DNA of 64,000 bases from the NCBI GenBank assembly GCA_965261545.1, contig CBDHDF010000007.1, forward strand, positions 288,001 to 352,000, in the 5' to 3' direction. The DNA comes from Bdellovibrionales bacterium. Its GTDB lineage: Bacteria > Bdellovibrionota > Bdellovibrionia > Bdellovibrionales > UBA1609. A program made the position numbers and the translations under genes. The first letter of the stretch is position 1. The number at the start of each line of letters is the position of its first letter. A model generated the notes under the pieces. It did not search any database. It was not told the origin of the DNA and worked only from the letters and a program-made list of their open reading frames with translations. Positions 30,838 to 40,675 of this stretch are shown piece after piece.

Positions 30838-31594
30838 AGGTTGTTAAATCATACAACACAATGTCTACTTGGAAATTAAATAAATCTCGCCCCACCCAAT
30901 AAAGCGAGTTCTCTATTTCATCCTTATGGGAGGCAAGTAAGTCCATAGACCGATAAATATGCTGGAGACTCAAATCACCCTTAATCATGTCTGGGTAAAA
31001 AGATTTTTGCCAATACTCAAAAACCTTTAACTTGGAACTAGGAGCAATAAATCGGCTGGCAACTAAGGTAAAAATCACCTTACATAAATCAAATTGAACT
31101 TTCTCATGAGAATCTTTTATGTCTTTGAGGGTCTTATTGATACCCAGTTGATCAAACAACTTTTGTAAAATCAGCAAGGGACCCAAAATGAAAGTCTCTT
31201 CGATGTAAAGCTCCTTAGCCAATTGACTCACAGTGAGAAGCTCTCGGTGGCGGGATACGGCCTGCGCCAAACTATTAATCTTATCCTCTCCTCCTTCTCC
31301 AGCCTTACCTAAGGACATGAGCATGCGTTTTTTGGATTTGCCTTTTTCTCTGTAGGACTCCACAAGGTGGTAGTAGCACTGACCTTTTGAGTTTTTAGTC
31401 GTTTGGATGTACATGAGGATATTTTCTACATATTTCTATGATATATCAATATTTAAAACGATAAAATCCTATTTTGTTTTCTACACTTTTTTTACGTCAA
31501 TTTTAATTTTTCCAGCAGCTACCATTATATTTCAGTACAACCCCAATTTCTGGAAATTTCGCATTTTAACGCAGATGCTGCTGTCAAACTCGGG
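30838..31594 (-). mobile_element. IS1634-family element, left end and 5' part of the minus-strand copy
   Basis: Left TIR ends at 31594; N-terminal ORF 30827-31414. Confidence 0.9.
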
Positions 31595-32088
31595 ATGTAC
31601 TGGCCATATCCACATATCCATGGTTTCAAAAGGCTAGACGAAGGGCAAGCTTATTTTGTGCATAGATTTGTTGCCTGGTTTGTTGAAGAGTGTGAGGCAT
31701 GACTTTGGCAGTTAGGTGACCAAAGGAGTAGCGTGACTCATAACGATATGCGTTAGTTTCGGCCTAAAACTTCTTGCGATAAAGTTGCAATGTGTCTTAC
31801 CATAAAATGGTGGGGGGGCGATGTTGGCAGGATGACTTACAAAGCAAGGATGTTTTGGCATCGTCCTTTTTTTTATCCCACAGATTTTCTTTTCTTTATT
31901 TCATTTTCATCTCTATTTCTTATAGTGGTCTCTTTAGTTATGATGGAGCGACTACCACATACACCTTAACTACAACTGCGAATGCACTCAAGTTACTTCT
32001 TAGTCACCTCTTTCGGACGAATGTATAGTATTTAATTATTATAATAATTAACATTGTCCTTTGGAATAAGAAAATATAATTTTTAGGA

Positions 32089-34518
32089 ATGGAATATTTT
32101 ATAGCCCTAAGCCTAATGCAATGCGCTAAATTGATGGGAAGTTTTGCAATGGGCCTTGGTGCCCTTAGGAGAAACTCTGGGTTTTCTCTTATTTCTATGA
32201 TGATAGCGACTTCTATTATGGGATTTTCCATGTCTGCTCTGGTTTCATTGATGGTTCGTCAGGAAAAGGGAGGAGTGGATTTAGGTCACAGGTTCGACAA
32301 TGCTCGCTTACAGCAAAGTCTTTTGAGTGCGATGATGAATTCTGAAATATGCACTTGTCATTTTGTCGTCGATTCAGGTTCTACAGTGACTTTAGATACA
32401 CAGGGGTTAGGGGATATTCCAATGGGCTTTGTTCGAAGTAGCTGTGATTTTTCATCCCAAGATAATATTCTTGTGGAGGCGGGAGTTCATGTGCCTGGAA
32501 GCAGCGCCTTAATGGTGGAAAACATCAAGGTGACAGATATTAAATTCACGGGGACAGCCGACAGGTATTCAGGAAATCTCAGTGTGGAATACAACCAAGA
32601 AAGCTTGCCCTATCCCATGGGGACTTTTTTTATTCCCCTTGTTTTAATAGTGGATTCAGAATTAGGCACAGGTGTGGCGCATCCTATTGAATCTTGCTGG
32701 AACTCTGAATCACAGGGTGAGGAAAGTCCTTGGAGTGAGGTCAATAATGGGAATGGTGGGGGAGGAGGAGGTAGCACCAATGATGGGAGTGAGGCTGAAA
32801 GTGCCAGCGGATTTTATAATGCTTGCATGCTTATGGACTTCTCTTCAGATGAGGATAGAGATGGACGAACTTTAGTGGGTTGCGGGGGCACTGCAAATAT
32901 TTTTCGCCCCCCCCATAGCACGGCTTTTGGGTTTGGCGCGGGGTTACTCTCCGGGAGTGGAGACAATACTTATTTGGGTTATAGTGCTGGGGGAGAGCAT
33001 ATAGGAAATCAAAGTACTTTTGTGGGCTACCGTGCGGGGCAGAGGGCTGGGAATGCCTCGGCAAATACGGCCATTGGTTATGATGCTGGAAGGTATGCCC
33101 AAGGGGGGAGACAGGTTTTTGTGGGAGCTTGGGCCGGGGAAAGTGAGGAGGGGGCCATTGGAGAGGAAAATGTTTTTGTGGGAATGGGGGCTGGTCAACG
33201 CAACAGGAACGGAAGTAGAAATGTCGCCTTTGGTTTAAAAGCAGGAGCTAATAATAATGATGCCAATGATAATGTGATATTGGGTCATTATGCTTTGCAA
33301 ACGACCAATGAAGGTTTCAATGTCGTTGTAGGTTACGAGGCTGGTTCAAATTTTACAAAGAACAATCAAGTTTTCTTAGGTTATCAGGCCGGTAAATACA
33401 TAAGCACAGGGGATAGAAATATTTTTGTAGGTGCTTTTTCAGGAGGAGATAGCTCTGTGACAGGAGAGGATAATGTCTTTATGGGCTATAAGACGGGCCA
33501 CTATAATCGAGGTTCTAGAAATGTTTTTCTAGGGGAATCTACAGGGTATGGAAAGAGTGGCTTTGAAGCCCAAGAAAATACATTTGCGGGATATGGGACA
33601 GGTTTTTTAGGAGAGAACTTAAATACAAACACAGTGGTGGGTGAAGAGGCCGGGCAGTATCTGATAAATGCGGACAGTAATGTGTTGGTGGGTCGAAGGG
33701 CGGCTTATAAAGCATCCGTTGGCCACAGGAACGTGGTGCTAGGTGAGAGAGCTTTGGAGTACAGTGCTTCTTTAAAAGATGACAGTATTTATATAGGACG
33801 AAAGTTAGGTGGTGGGTCTTCCAGTGCCTCACTGCAATCATCAGAACTTATTTTAGGGGTGGAAGCTGAAGAGTGGAGATGGTTGACAGGGGATATTTCT
33901 TCAACGGGCAATCTCTATCTCAACGGTCAGCAAGTGGCTCTCACAAGCTCCAGAGAACTAAAGAAAAATATTCACCCTATAAAGAATATTAGAAAATATG
34001 TTAATAGTCTCATTCAAACGCCTTTGTTTATCTATCAGTATAAAGATAAGAATCTTCAACCTCAAAAAATTCGTATGGGATTTATATCTGAAGAACTTCC
34101 TGAGCACTTACAGATAAAGAAAAAAGGGAAACTTTCTCATCCCGACTGGCCAAGTATTTATGGTTCTTTTTGGGCGAGTATTCAATATATTTATGGTGTG
34201 CTGCAAAGGCTCGAAAAGACCTTTCCTTTGAGGGTAAAAAAAGTGATCGATGCAACAAGATATTTCCATGGTCAGCAAAATGGATTGATAGAAGATACAA
34301 TGGACTCAAGACAAGAACTTTTAAAAATGAAAAATCAACTCTCCCAGGCATCTCAAGAACTTGAGGCTGCCAAGAGAGAACTTATGGAATTAAAAACAAG
34401 CATAAGAGAAAAATGGAAAGACGTCGAAGAAAAGTTTCCTAGGTTGAAGAACTGGGCGGCATCTAGGTCGGAGTTTATATCTAAGCCTCTATTGGAACCT
34501 ATGTTTATTATGAATTGA
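32089..34518 (+). CDS. Prepilin-like / beta-roll repeat / peptidase S74 chaperone fibre protein 1 (true start probably slightly downstream)
   Basis: NSG|FSLISMMIA, CTCHF, many N.F.G..AG repeats, TSSRELKKNI, MGFISEELP, coiled-coil tail. Confidence 0.75.
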   Translation: MEYFIALSLMQCAKLMGSFAMGLGALRRNSGFSLISMMIATSIMGFSMSALVSLMVRQEKGGVDLGHRFDNARLQQSLLSAMMNSEICTCHFVVDSGSTVTLDTQGLGDIPMGFVRSSCDFSSQDNILVEAGVHVPGSSALMVENIKVTDIKFTGTADRYSGNLSVEYNQESLPYPMGTFFIPLVLIVDSELGTGVAHPIESCWNSESQGEESPWSEVNNGNGGGGGGSTNDGSEAESASGFYNACMLMDFSSDEDRDGRTLVGCGGTANIFRPPHSTAFGFGAGLLSGSGDNTYLGYSAGGEHIGNQSTFVGYRAGQRAGNASANTAIGYDAGRYAQGGRQVFVGAWAGESEEGAIGEENVFVGMGAGQRNRNGSRNVAFGLKAGANNNDANDNVILGHYALQTTNEGFNVVVGYEAGSNFTKNNQVFLGYQAGKYISTGDRNIFVGAFSGGDSSVTGEDNVFMGYKTGHYNRGSRNVFLGESTGYGKSGFEAQENTFAGYGTGFLGENLNTNTVVGEEAGQYLINADSNVLVGRRAAYKASVGHRNVVLGERALEYSASLKDDSIYIGRKLGGGSSSASLQSSELILGVEAEEWRWLTGDISSTGNLYLNGQQVALTSSRELKKNIHPIKNIRKYVNSLIQTPLFIYQYKDKNLQPQKIRMGFISEELPEHLQIKKKGKLSHPDWPSIYGSFWASIQYIYGVLQRLEKTFPLRVKKVIDATRYFHGQQNGLIEDTMDSRQELLKMKNQLSQASQELEAAKRELMELKTSIREKWKDVEEKFPRLKNWAASRSEFISKPLLEPMFIMN

Positions 34519-36815
34519 TGAGGTTATTCATGAATGGCTCTATGGAATGGAGCGTGATGAAACAGCGGAATATTTCGGGTTTATCTTCTCAAGGGGGAGT
34601 GACTCTTATATCTGCATTGGTCGCGGTGCTTGTGATCAGTATGGCCTCGCTTTCTTTGGTATCTATGCAAGTCTCTCAAAAAAAGCAATCCTTAGCTTTA
34701 AAGCAGAAGCTTGCCCATATTGGTTTGGGGGCTTTTATTACAAAGGTTTTTTACAGCGGTGTTTGCTCTTGTCACTTTCATGCTGAAATCAATACGGGGG
34801 CACCCGAGGGAAGTCTCTTTTTAGATACATCAAATACAGATGTGGCCAGCAGTATTCCTTTAGAATCCATAAGAACAGGTTGTGAATTTAGTGGTAACGA
34901 TAATGTGATTGTGAGGGCCAATGAGGAGGTGGTTCGTAGTGGGGGCCTTGTGGTGGGAGATATTATCGTTAAAGACCTCCTGGCGACAGGGTCTTCTGAT
35001 GTCTATTCTGGAAATCTTGTTGTTAGCTACACAGAGTCCAGTCAAAAGTTGCTTTTGGAGCCGATTTCTATACCTCTCGTTTTGTCCATTGACTCAAGCT
35101 TAGGCACTCCTGAAGCAAGGCCCATTCAATTTTGTTGGCAAGGTGAGGGCGACGTGGCTGTAGAGCAAGTCGACGGTGATGATGGTAATGGCAATGGTAG
35201 TGGAGAGATCGAGAGCGAGGATATGTCAGGGCTTGCCTGTGCCCATGTGACGGACGCCACAGGGACGGAGGATGATGGAAGCAGTCTTGTTGGCTGTAAG
35301 ACATCAGATGTGGTCACGGCTGAAAAGACGGCACTGGGCTTTGAGGCGGGGAGCAATGATGAGATCTACGGTAACAATACTTATTTGGGTTTTAAAGCTG
35401 GATCATCTATGGCTTTGGGGAAGGGAACTTTTTTAGGTTTTAGGGCGGGTGAGAATTTTAATGGTCAGTATAATACGATGGTTGGTTCTCTTTCTGGAAA
35501 TAGTTCTTGGAATATAACGTATGGGCATGTGCTTATAGGGATGGATGTGGGGAGGGGGCATAGCAGTAGCTATTACAGCCAGAATATTTTAATAGGAACC
35601 TATACAGGACAAAGCGCGGCGAGGCATGCTCTTTTTATTGGAAACGAAACCGGGCAACAAGCCGAAAAGGGGTTTATTATAGGCCACGGTGCGGGAGTAT
35701 CTTCTAGCACCAGTTCCTTGGATACCTTTGTAGGAAATGGGGTGGGAAAGAATAACCAATCTTTGGGGGGCAGTGTGGTGGTGGGTTATGAGGCTGCTAT
35801 GGGTGAAGAGGTGGCTCTTGGTATTGGGATCGGCCGATCTTCTGGAAAAGGGGGTATTCATAGGGCTTTCATGGTAGGTTTTGAGGCGGGGCAAAAAGGT
35901 GCGGGGAAATATGGCCTTTTCTTGGGAGGGCAAGCGGGCTCGAATCTTGAAAGTGGAGATTATAATAATTTTATTGGTTTCCAGGCGGGGTTTCAAAAGA
36001 CATCTGGGCATTCGAATACCTATGCGGGGGCCTTTTCGGGGCACAGTGACCAGAGTGCCACTGGAAATACTTGTGTAGGCTGGAGTTCTTGCTATGACAA
36101 TGAAACGGGGATAAATAACACCATTCTGGGGGCTCATGCTGGAAAGAGCCATCTTGGGTCCAACAATATATTTATTGGCAAAGGAGTGGGCTCTTTATCG
36201 TCTCATGCAAATCTTAATGCAACACTCATGGTGGGAACCGAGAGTCATCAAGAATGGCTGGTCGGAGAGATGTCATCCGTTTCAACCATGCTTTTAAATG
36301 GTAACCCCATAACCATTCAAAGCTCAAGAGCTTTGAAGAAAAATATATATCCTGTGAAGAATCTTAAAAAATATTTTCAATGGATGTTGGAAACTCCCCT
36401 ATTTACTTACCAATACAAGGACCCAAAACTTCAACCTGATAAGATGCGTATGGGTATTATTTCTGAAGAACTTCCTGAGATTTTGCAAATCAAAAGAAAG
36501 GGTAAGTTCTCTCAGCCAGATTGGCCAAGTGTTTATGGAGTTTTTGCAGCCAGTATCAAATGGATTTATATCTCTACCATGAATTTGGAAGATAGCGTAT
36601 CCACCAAAATGGCGGACATCATGGGTTTGTTGACTTCCATTGAAAGGGATATTCGAGGTATAAGGCAAAAGCTTGATGAGTGGGTGAAGAATCCCTATGT
36701 GACGAAGAGGCATATAAAGCAATCCCAAGAGAAGATAAAGAAAATGAGGAGTGAGATAGCAAAGGCAGGCATAGATGTAGATAAGAAGTGGGAAGAACTT
36801 ATGGGTGAGCCATGA
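34515..36815 (+). CDS. Prepilin-like / beta-roll / S74 fibre protein 2
   Basis: QGG|VTLISALVAV, CSCHF, G..AG repeats, QSSRALKKNI, MGIISEELP. Confidence 0.75.
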   Translation: MMRLFMNGSMEWSVMKQRNISGLSSQGGVTLISALVAVLVISMASLSLVSMQVSQKKQSLALKQKLAHIGLGAFITKVFYSGVCSCHFHAEINTGAPEGSLFLDTSNTDVASSIPLESIRTGCEFSGNDNVIVRANEEVVRSGGLVVGDIIVKDLLATGSSDVYSGNLVVSYTESSQKLLLEPISIPLVLSIDSSLGTPEARPIQFCWQGEGDVAVEQVDGDDGNGNGSGEIESEDMSGLACAHVTDATGTEDDGSSLVGCKTSDVVTAEKTALGFEAGSNDEIYGNNTYLGFKAGSSMALGKGTFLGFRAGENFNGQYNTMVGSLSGNSSWNITYGHVLIGMDVGRGHSSSYYSQNILIGTYTGQSAARHALFIGNETGQQAEKGFIIGHGAGVSSSTSSLDTFVGNGVGKNNQSLGGSVVVGYEAAMGEEVALGIGIGRSSGKGGIHRAFMVGFEAGQKGAGKYGLFLGGQAGSNLESGDYNNFIGFQAGFQKTSGHSNTYAGAFSGHSDQSATGNTCVGWSSCYDNETGINNTILGAHAGKSHLGSNNIFIGKGVGSLSSHANLNATLMVGTESHQEWLVGEMSSVSTMLLNGNPITIQSSRALKKNIYPVKNLKKYFQWMLETPLFTYQYKDPKLQPDKMRMGIISEELPEILQIKRKGKFSQPDWPSVYGVFAASIKWIYISTMNLEDSVSTKMADIMGLLTSIERDIRGIRQKLDEWVKNPYVTKRHIKQSQEKIKKMRSEIAKAGIDVDKKWEELMGEP

Positions 36816-39097
36816 TCACAGTGAAGAATATGTACTCTTTAGAGAATACGACTTTTGGTGGAAGTTATGGTTTTGCTATGCTGTCCATTATTTTGTCTAT
36901 TTCTATTATGAGTGTATCTATGTTGTCTTTTTTATCCAAGATCAATATAGGTACCAAAGAGGTCAAGCACTTATCTAAAAAAATCCAAAGACAGAATATT
37001 GAACTTGCTGTTGGGAAGCTTATGGATAGTGAAAAATGCACTTGTCACTTTGATCCAACACAAAATACAAATATTTCTTCCACATCACTTGGAATTAATA
37101 CGTCCACTTCAGAGGATATCCCACTGGGAGCTCTAAGGACAGGTTGTGATTTTAGCTTGACTAATAATATTTTGATTCAAGATGGAAGTTCCCTAGGGAA
37201 GGGTTTGGTGGTAGACAAGGTTAAGGTGTCAAATATTAGGTCAGAGGAGGGGAGCAGTGAAAATTTTTTGGGGGATCTTACTATTACTTATGCCAACGAA
37301 GGTCGCCCAGAGGCTTTTCGACCCTCTGTGATCCCTATAACTTTTTCTGTTGATTCTAGTTCAGGGTCGAGTGAAAATCGGCCGGTCAAAAATTGTGAGA
37401 GTTTGAGCAACCGTATGACGACACCACCAAGCTTTCCCTGTCACCTTGCGGATACGGAGGCTGGTGCCATGGATGATACAGAGTTGGGTAGCATGGCGGA
37501 GGGGCGAACTCTTTTAGGTTGTGGAGGAGCCGTGGATGAAAATCGCTCTGGATCGACAACATCCTTTGGATTTAGGGCTGGGAAGTCTTCGGCTTCGCAC
37601 ATGGGAAGTACTTATTTTGGGTATGAAGCTGGAATGACCCATAATAATATTTATAGCACGATGGTGGGCTATAGGGCGGGAAAGATGTCCATACACTTAA
37701 GACGTAGCAATCTCATTGGGTATCGAGCTGGAGAGAATACGAAGTGGGGTCAGAATTTTCATTTCATTGGAGCCGAGGCCGGTCTCAACACATTTACGAG
37801 AGTCAATAATATTTTTATAGGAGCTTCAGCAGGAAGGAACAATCGTCGAGGAATGTACAATATTTTCTTGGGCTATGAGGCCGGGCGAGATGGACCTGCT
37901 GCAGATGACAATATTTTTATAGGCTATAGGGCTGGGCTTTCAAATGTTGGATATCGGAATACCTTTATTGGATCTCAGGCGGGAGAGGCCAATACTTCAG
38001 GGGGAGACTCTGTGGTCATTGGTTATCGTGCTGGTTATGAAAATCCATTTATAAGCAAGAGTGTCCTTTTGGGAAGTTTTGCGGGGAGGGAGAGTGATGG
38101 AGGTCAGCACTCTGTGTTTGTAGGTTATTTGTCTGGGAGAAAGAACAGGGGTGATTACAATACATTTGTAGGAAACTATACTGGCACAAAGAATGTGGAG
38201 GGGTATGAGAATGTTTTTGTAGGGCACAGGGCTGGTGATTCTAATATCATTGGATCAAAAAATACATTTATTGGAGAATTGGGGGGAAGCAAGAACGAAT
38301 CAGGATCCTACAATACTTTTATAGGTCGGTGGGCGGGCTATAACAATATCACTGGAAGTTCGAACACCATGATTGGTTTTCAGGCGGGCTATTTAAATGA
38401 AGGAGGCAGCCATAACATATTTATCGGTACAGATGTGGGGGATATATCCTATGCCAACACAGACTCTAAATTTGTTATGGGCAATACATACACGAGAACT
38501 TGGGTTGAGGGAGACATGACTTCCACTGGAAATCTCTATGTCAATGACCAGCAAGTTGTGGTGACAAGTTCACGATTTTTGAAGAAGAATATTCGCCCTG
38601 TGACCCAATTTAGAAAATACTTGGATGACCTCTTAAAGACTTCTCTTTTTACATATCAATATAAAAGTTCTAGAAATCAACCCAACAAAACACGTATGGG
38701 GGTTATATCTGAAGAACTGCCTCAAAATTTAAAAATTCAAATGACAGAGGGGCTTCCCCATCCCGATTGGCCCACAGTCTACGGTTCTTTTTGGGCGAGT
38801 CTTAAGGCCCTCCATGGAATCAAGAAAGAATTGGAAGAACAATTTCTGTTAAAATATCAGGATTTTTTATTTAAGGTTCGATCCATAAAGAAGAAGCAGC
38901 TTCAGGTGAACGAAGTATGGATTCAGCACAAAAAAGAAATGTCTTCCATAAAGTCTCAATTTCGCCAGATTCATCGTGAAATGGAGCAAATTCAGAAAGA
39001 TATTTTAAAAACCAAAAATAAGTTTGACGAGGATTGGCAGGATTTAATAGCCAGACTTTCTAGGACTCCCTTGGATGGCTGCTGTGCTTCTGAATGA
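36812..39097 (+). CDS. Prepilin-like / beta-roll / S74 fibre protein 3
   Basis: YG|FAMLSIILSI, CTCHF, regular 14-aa N.FIG..AG repeats, TSSRFLKKNI, MGVISEELP. Confidence 0.75.
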   Translation: MITVKNMYSLENTTFGGSYGFAMLSIILSISIMSVSMLSFLSKINIGTKEVKHLSKKIQRQNIELAVGKLMDSEKCTCHFDPTQNTNISSTSLGINTSTSEDIPLGALRTGCDFSLTNNILIQDGSSLGKGLVVDKVKVSNIRSEEGSSENFLGDLTITYANEGRPEAFRPSVIPITFSVDSSSGSSENRPVKNCESLSNRMTTPPSFPCHLADTEAGAMDDTELGSMAEGRTLLGCGGAVDENRSGSTTSFGFRAGKSSASHMGSTYFGYEAGMTHNNIYSTMVGYRAGKMSIHLRRSNLIGYRAGENTKWGQNFHFIGAEAGLNTFTRVNNIFIGASAGRNNRRGMYNIFLGYEAGRDGPAADDNIFIGYRAGLSNVGYRNTFIGSQAGEANTSGGDSVVIGYRAGYENPFISKSVLLGSFAGRESDGGQHSVFVGYLSGRKNRGDYNTFVGNYTGTKNVEGYENVFVGHRAGDSNIIGSKNTFIGELGGSKNESGSYNTFIGRWAGYNNITGSSNTMIGFQAGYLNEGGSHNIFIGTDVGDISYANTDSKFVMGNTYTRTWVEGDMTSTGNLYVNDQQVVVTSSRFLKKNIRPVTQFRKYLDDLLKTSLFTYQYKSSRNQPNKTRMGVISEELPQNLKIQMTEGLPHPDWPTVYGSFWASLKALHGIKKELEEQFLLKYQDFLFKVRSIKKKQLQVNEVWIQHKKEMSSIKSQFRQIHREMEQIQKDILKTKNKFDEDWQDLIARLSRTPLDGCCASE

Positions 39098-39896
39098 CTG
39101 TGTAGATATCTAAAAGGCGGTTTATCACATCTCTCAAATTGTGGAGGGGAAGTTGAGTTGCGGAGTCGGATAGGGCCTGTGAGGGATCGGGGTGAGTTTC
39201 CATAAACAGAGCCTCGGCTCCCGCTGCCACGGCAGCCATGGAAAGGGTAAGAATTTGTTCTCTGGGGCCACCTCCCGTGGTGGCTCCCCCCAGCCTTTGG
39301 ATGGAGTGAGTGGCGTCGTGAACCACTTTGGCACCAAAGCTTTTCATAATGGAAAAGCTTGTCATGTCGACGACCAGTCGTCCATAACCAAAGCAGCTTC
39401 CTCTTTCGGTCAATAAAATGTTTGATCTGGGGATGAAGTGAGCCGCTTTTTCCACGAGATACTCTGTTTGTTCAGGAGCTATAAACTGACCCTTTTTAAC
39501 TTTGAGGCGGCGTTGATATTTTTTGCAAGCCATGGCCCCTTCCACGATCATATCCGTTTGCCGGCATAAGAAGGCGGGAATTTGAAGAACATCCACAACT
39601 GAGGCAACATCATCCGCTTGGGAGGGGAGATGAAAATCAGTGAGCACCGGAAGGGAAAAAGTGGTTTTCACCTTTTCTAAAAGACGCAACCCCTCTTCAA
39701 GCCCAGGACCTCTGTAAGAGTTTATGGAGGTTCGATTGGCCTTATCAAAACTTCCCTTGAAAGTTATAGACACGGACTCACCTAACTCTTGGTTAAGGGA
39801 GGCCAATGTTTCAGCCACCGTCATTGCCAAACTTTCACTTTCTAAAACACAGGGGCCTGCAAAAACCTCCATGGTGGAAATCTTGTTGGGACTCAT
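39060..39896 (-). CDS. kdsA: KDO 8-phosphate synthase
   Basis: AGPCVLES, KGSFDKANRTS, QIPAFLCRQTD, KKGQF, ERG..FGY, DATHS. Confidence 0.96.
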   Translation of the reverse strand: MSPNKISTMEVFAGPCVLESESLAMTVAETLASLNQELGESVSITFKGSFDKANRTSINSYRGPGLEEGLRLLEKVKTTFSLPVLTDFHLPSQADDVASVVDVLQIPAFLCRQTDMIVEGAMACKKYQRRLKVKKGQFIAPEQTEYLVEKAAHFIPRSNILLTERGSCFGYGRLVVDMTSFSIMKSFGAKVVHDATHSIQRLGGATTGGGPREQILTLSMAAVAAGAEALFMETHPDPSQALSDSATQLPLHNLRDVINRLLDIYTVIQKHSSHPRES

Positions 39897-40001
39897 AGTG
39901 GGACTCCTATGGGGGGGCTGGGATTCCTACGGTAATATTAGGGTGGTTTTTTACTCCCTTCTCACTTTACGAAGACAGCCTTTCGTTCTATAAGCTCATC
40001 T

Positions 40002-40640
40002 ATGTTAGAAGTCCAGTGGTTTGGAAAAAGGCCCTACAATGAGTCTTGTCGCATACAGCACTCAGGTCTCCAAGAAATTCGGTATGGAGCAACTCCAAAA
40101 GTTATGGGATTTGAATATCCCACCACTATTACCCAAGGGATTCGCTCTCAGGGCTTCCTGGATATTCTGAAGCCCAGGGATTTTTGGGAGAGTCAGAAAA
40201 TACCCATTGTCTCCACGGGGCGTGGAGGGCAGACAACCCTCCACTCGCCAGGTCAATTGGTGATTTATCCCCTGCTTCCACTTAGCTCTTGGAGGTTGGG
40301 CGTCAAAGATTATGTTCATCTTCTTCTAAAGGCCACCTCCCAGTGGCTTTTGCACCAGGGTGTCTGGGCCTGTGAGCGGAAGAATCACACCGGCCTTTTT
40401 ACAGAGCGAGGAAAAATTGCCTTTGTTGGAATTGCAGTGCGTTATGGTGTCAGTCAGCATGGACTCTCCATCAATGTGGCCAATGATCTCCGGCTGTTTT
40501 CCATGATTAAGTCCTGTGGCATACGTCATATGGATTTGGATGCCATTTACCCCTATCCTCAAAAAGTGGAGCTCGCTCCCTTTTTTCAGAGTTGGTGTCC
40601 CTACTTTACTAGCCAATTAAAACCAATTAAAAACTTATAA
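40002..40640 (+). CDS. lipB: Octanoyltransferase
   Basis: RGGQTTLHSPGQLVIYP, KIAFVGI, HGLSINV, CG. Confidence 0.9.
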   Translation: MLEVQWFGKRPYNESCRIQHSGLQEIRYGATPKVMGFEYPTTITQGIRSQGFLDILKPRDFWESQKIPIVSTGRGGQTTLHSPGQLVIYPLLPLSSWRLGVKDYVHLLLKATSQWLLHQGVWACERKNHTGLFTERGKIAFVGIAVRYGVSQHGLSINVANDLRLFSMIKSCGIRHMDLDAIYPYPQKVELAPFFQSWCPYFTSQLKPIKNL

Positions 40641-40675
40641 GAGTTTGTGAGAGTTTAGATTTTGTAAGGGTTTAG

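Noticed and set aside
32089..39097. Prophage tail-fibre cluster or diversity-generating retroelement
   Set aside because: No phage structural genes, integrase, reverse transcriptase or template repeat; the proteins carry export-type N-termini.
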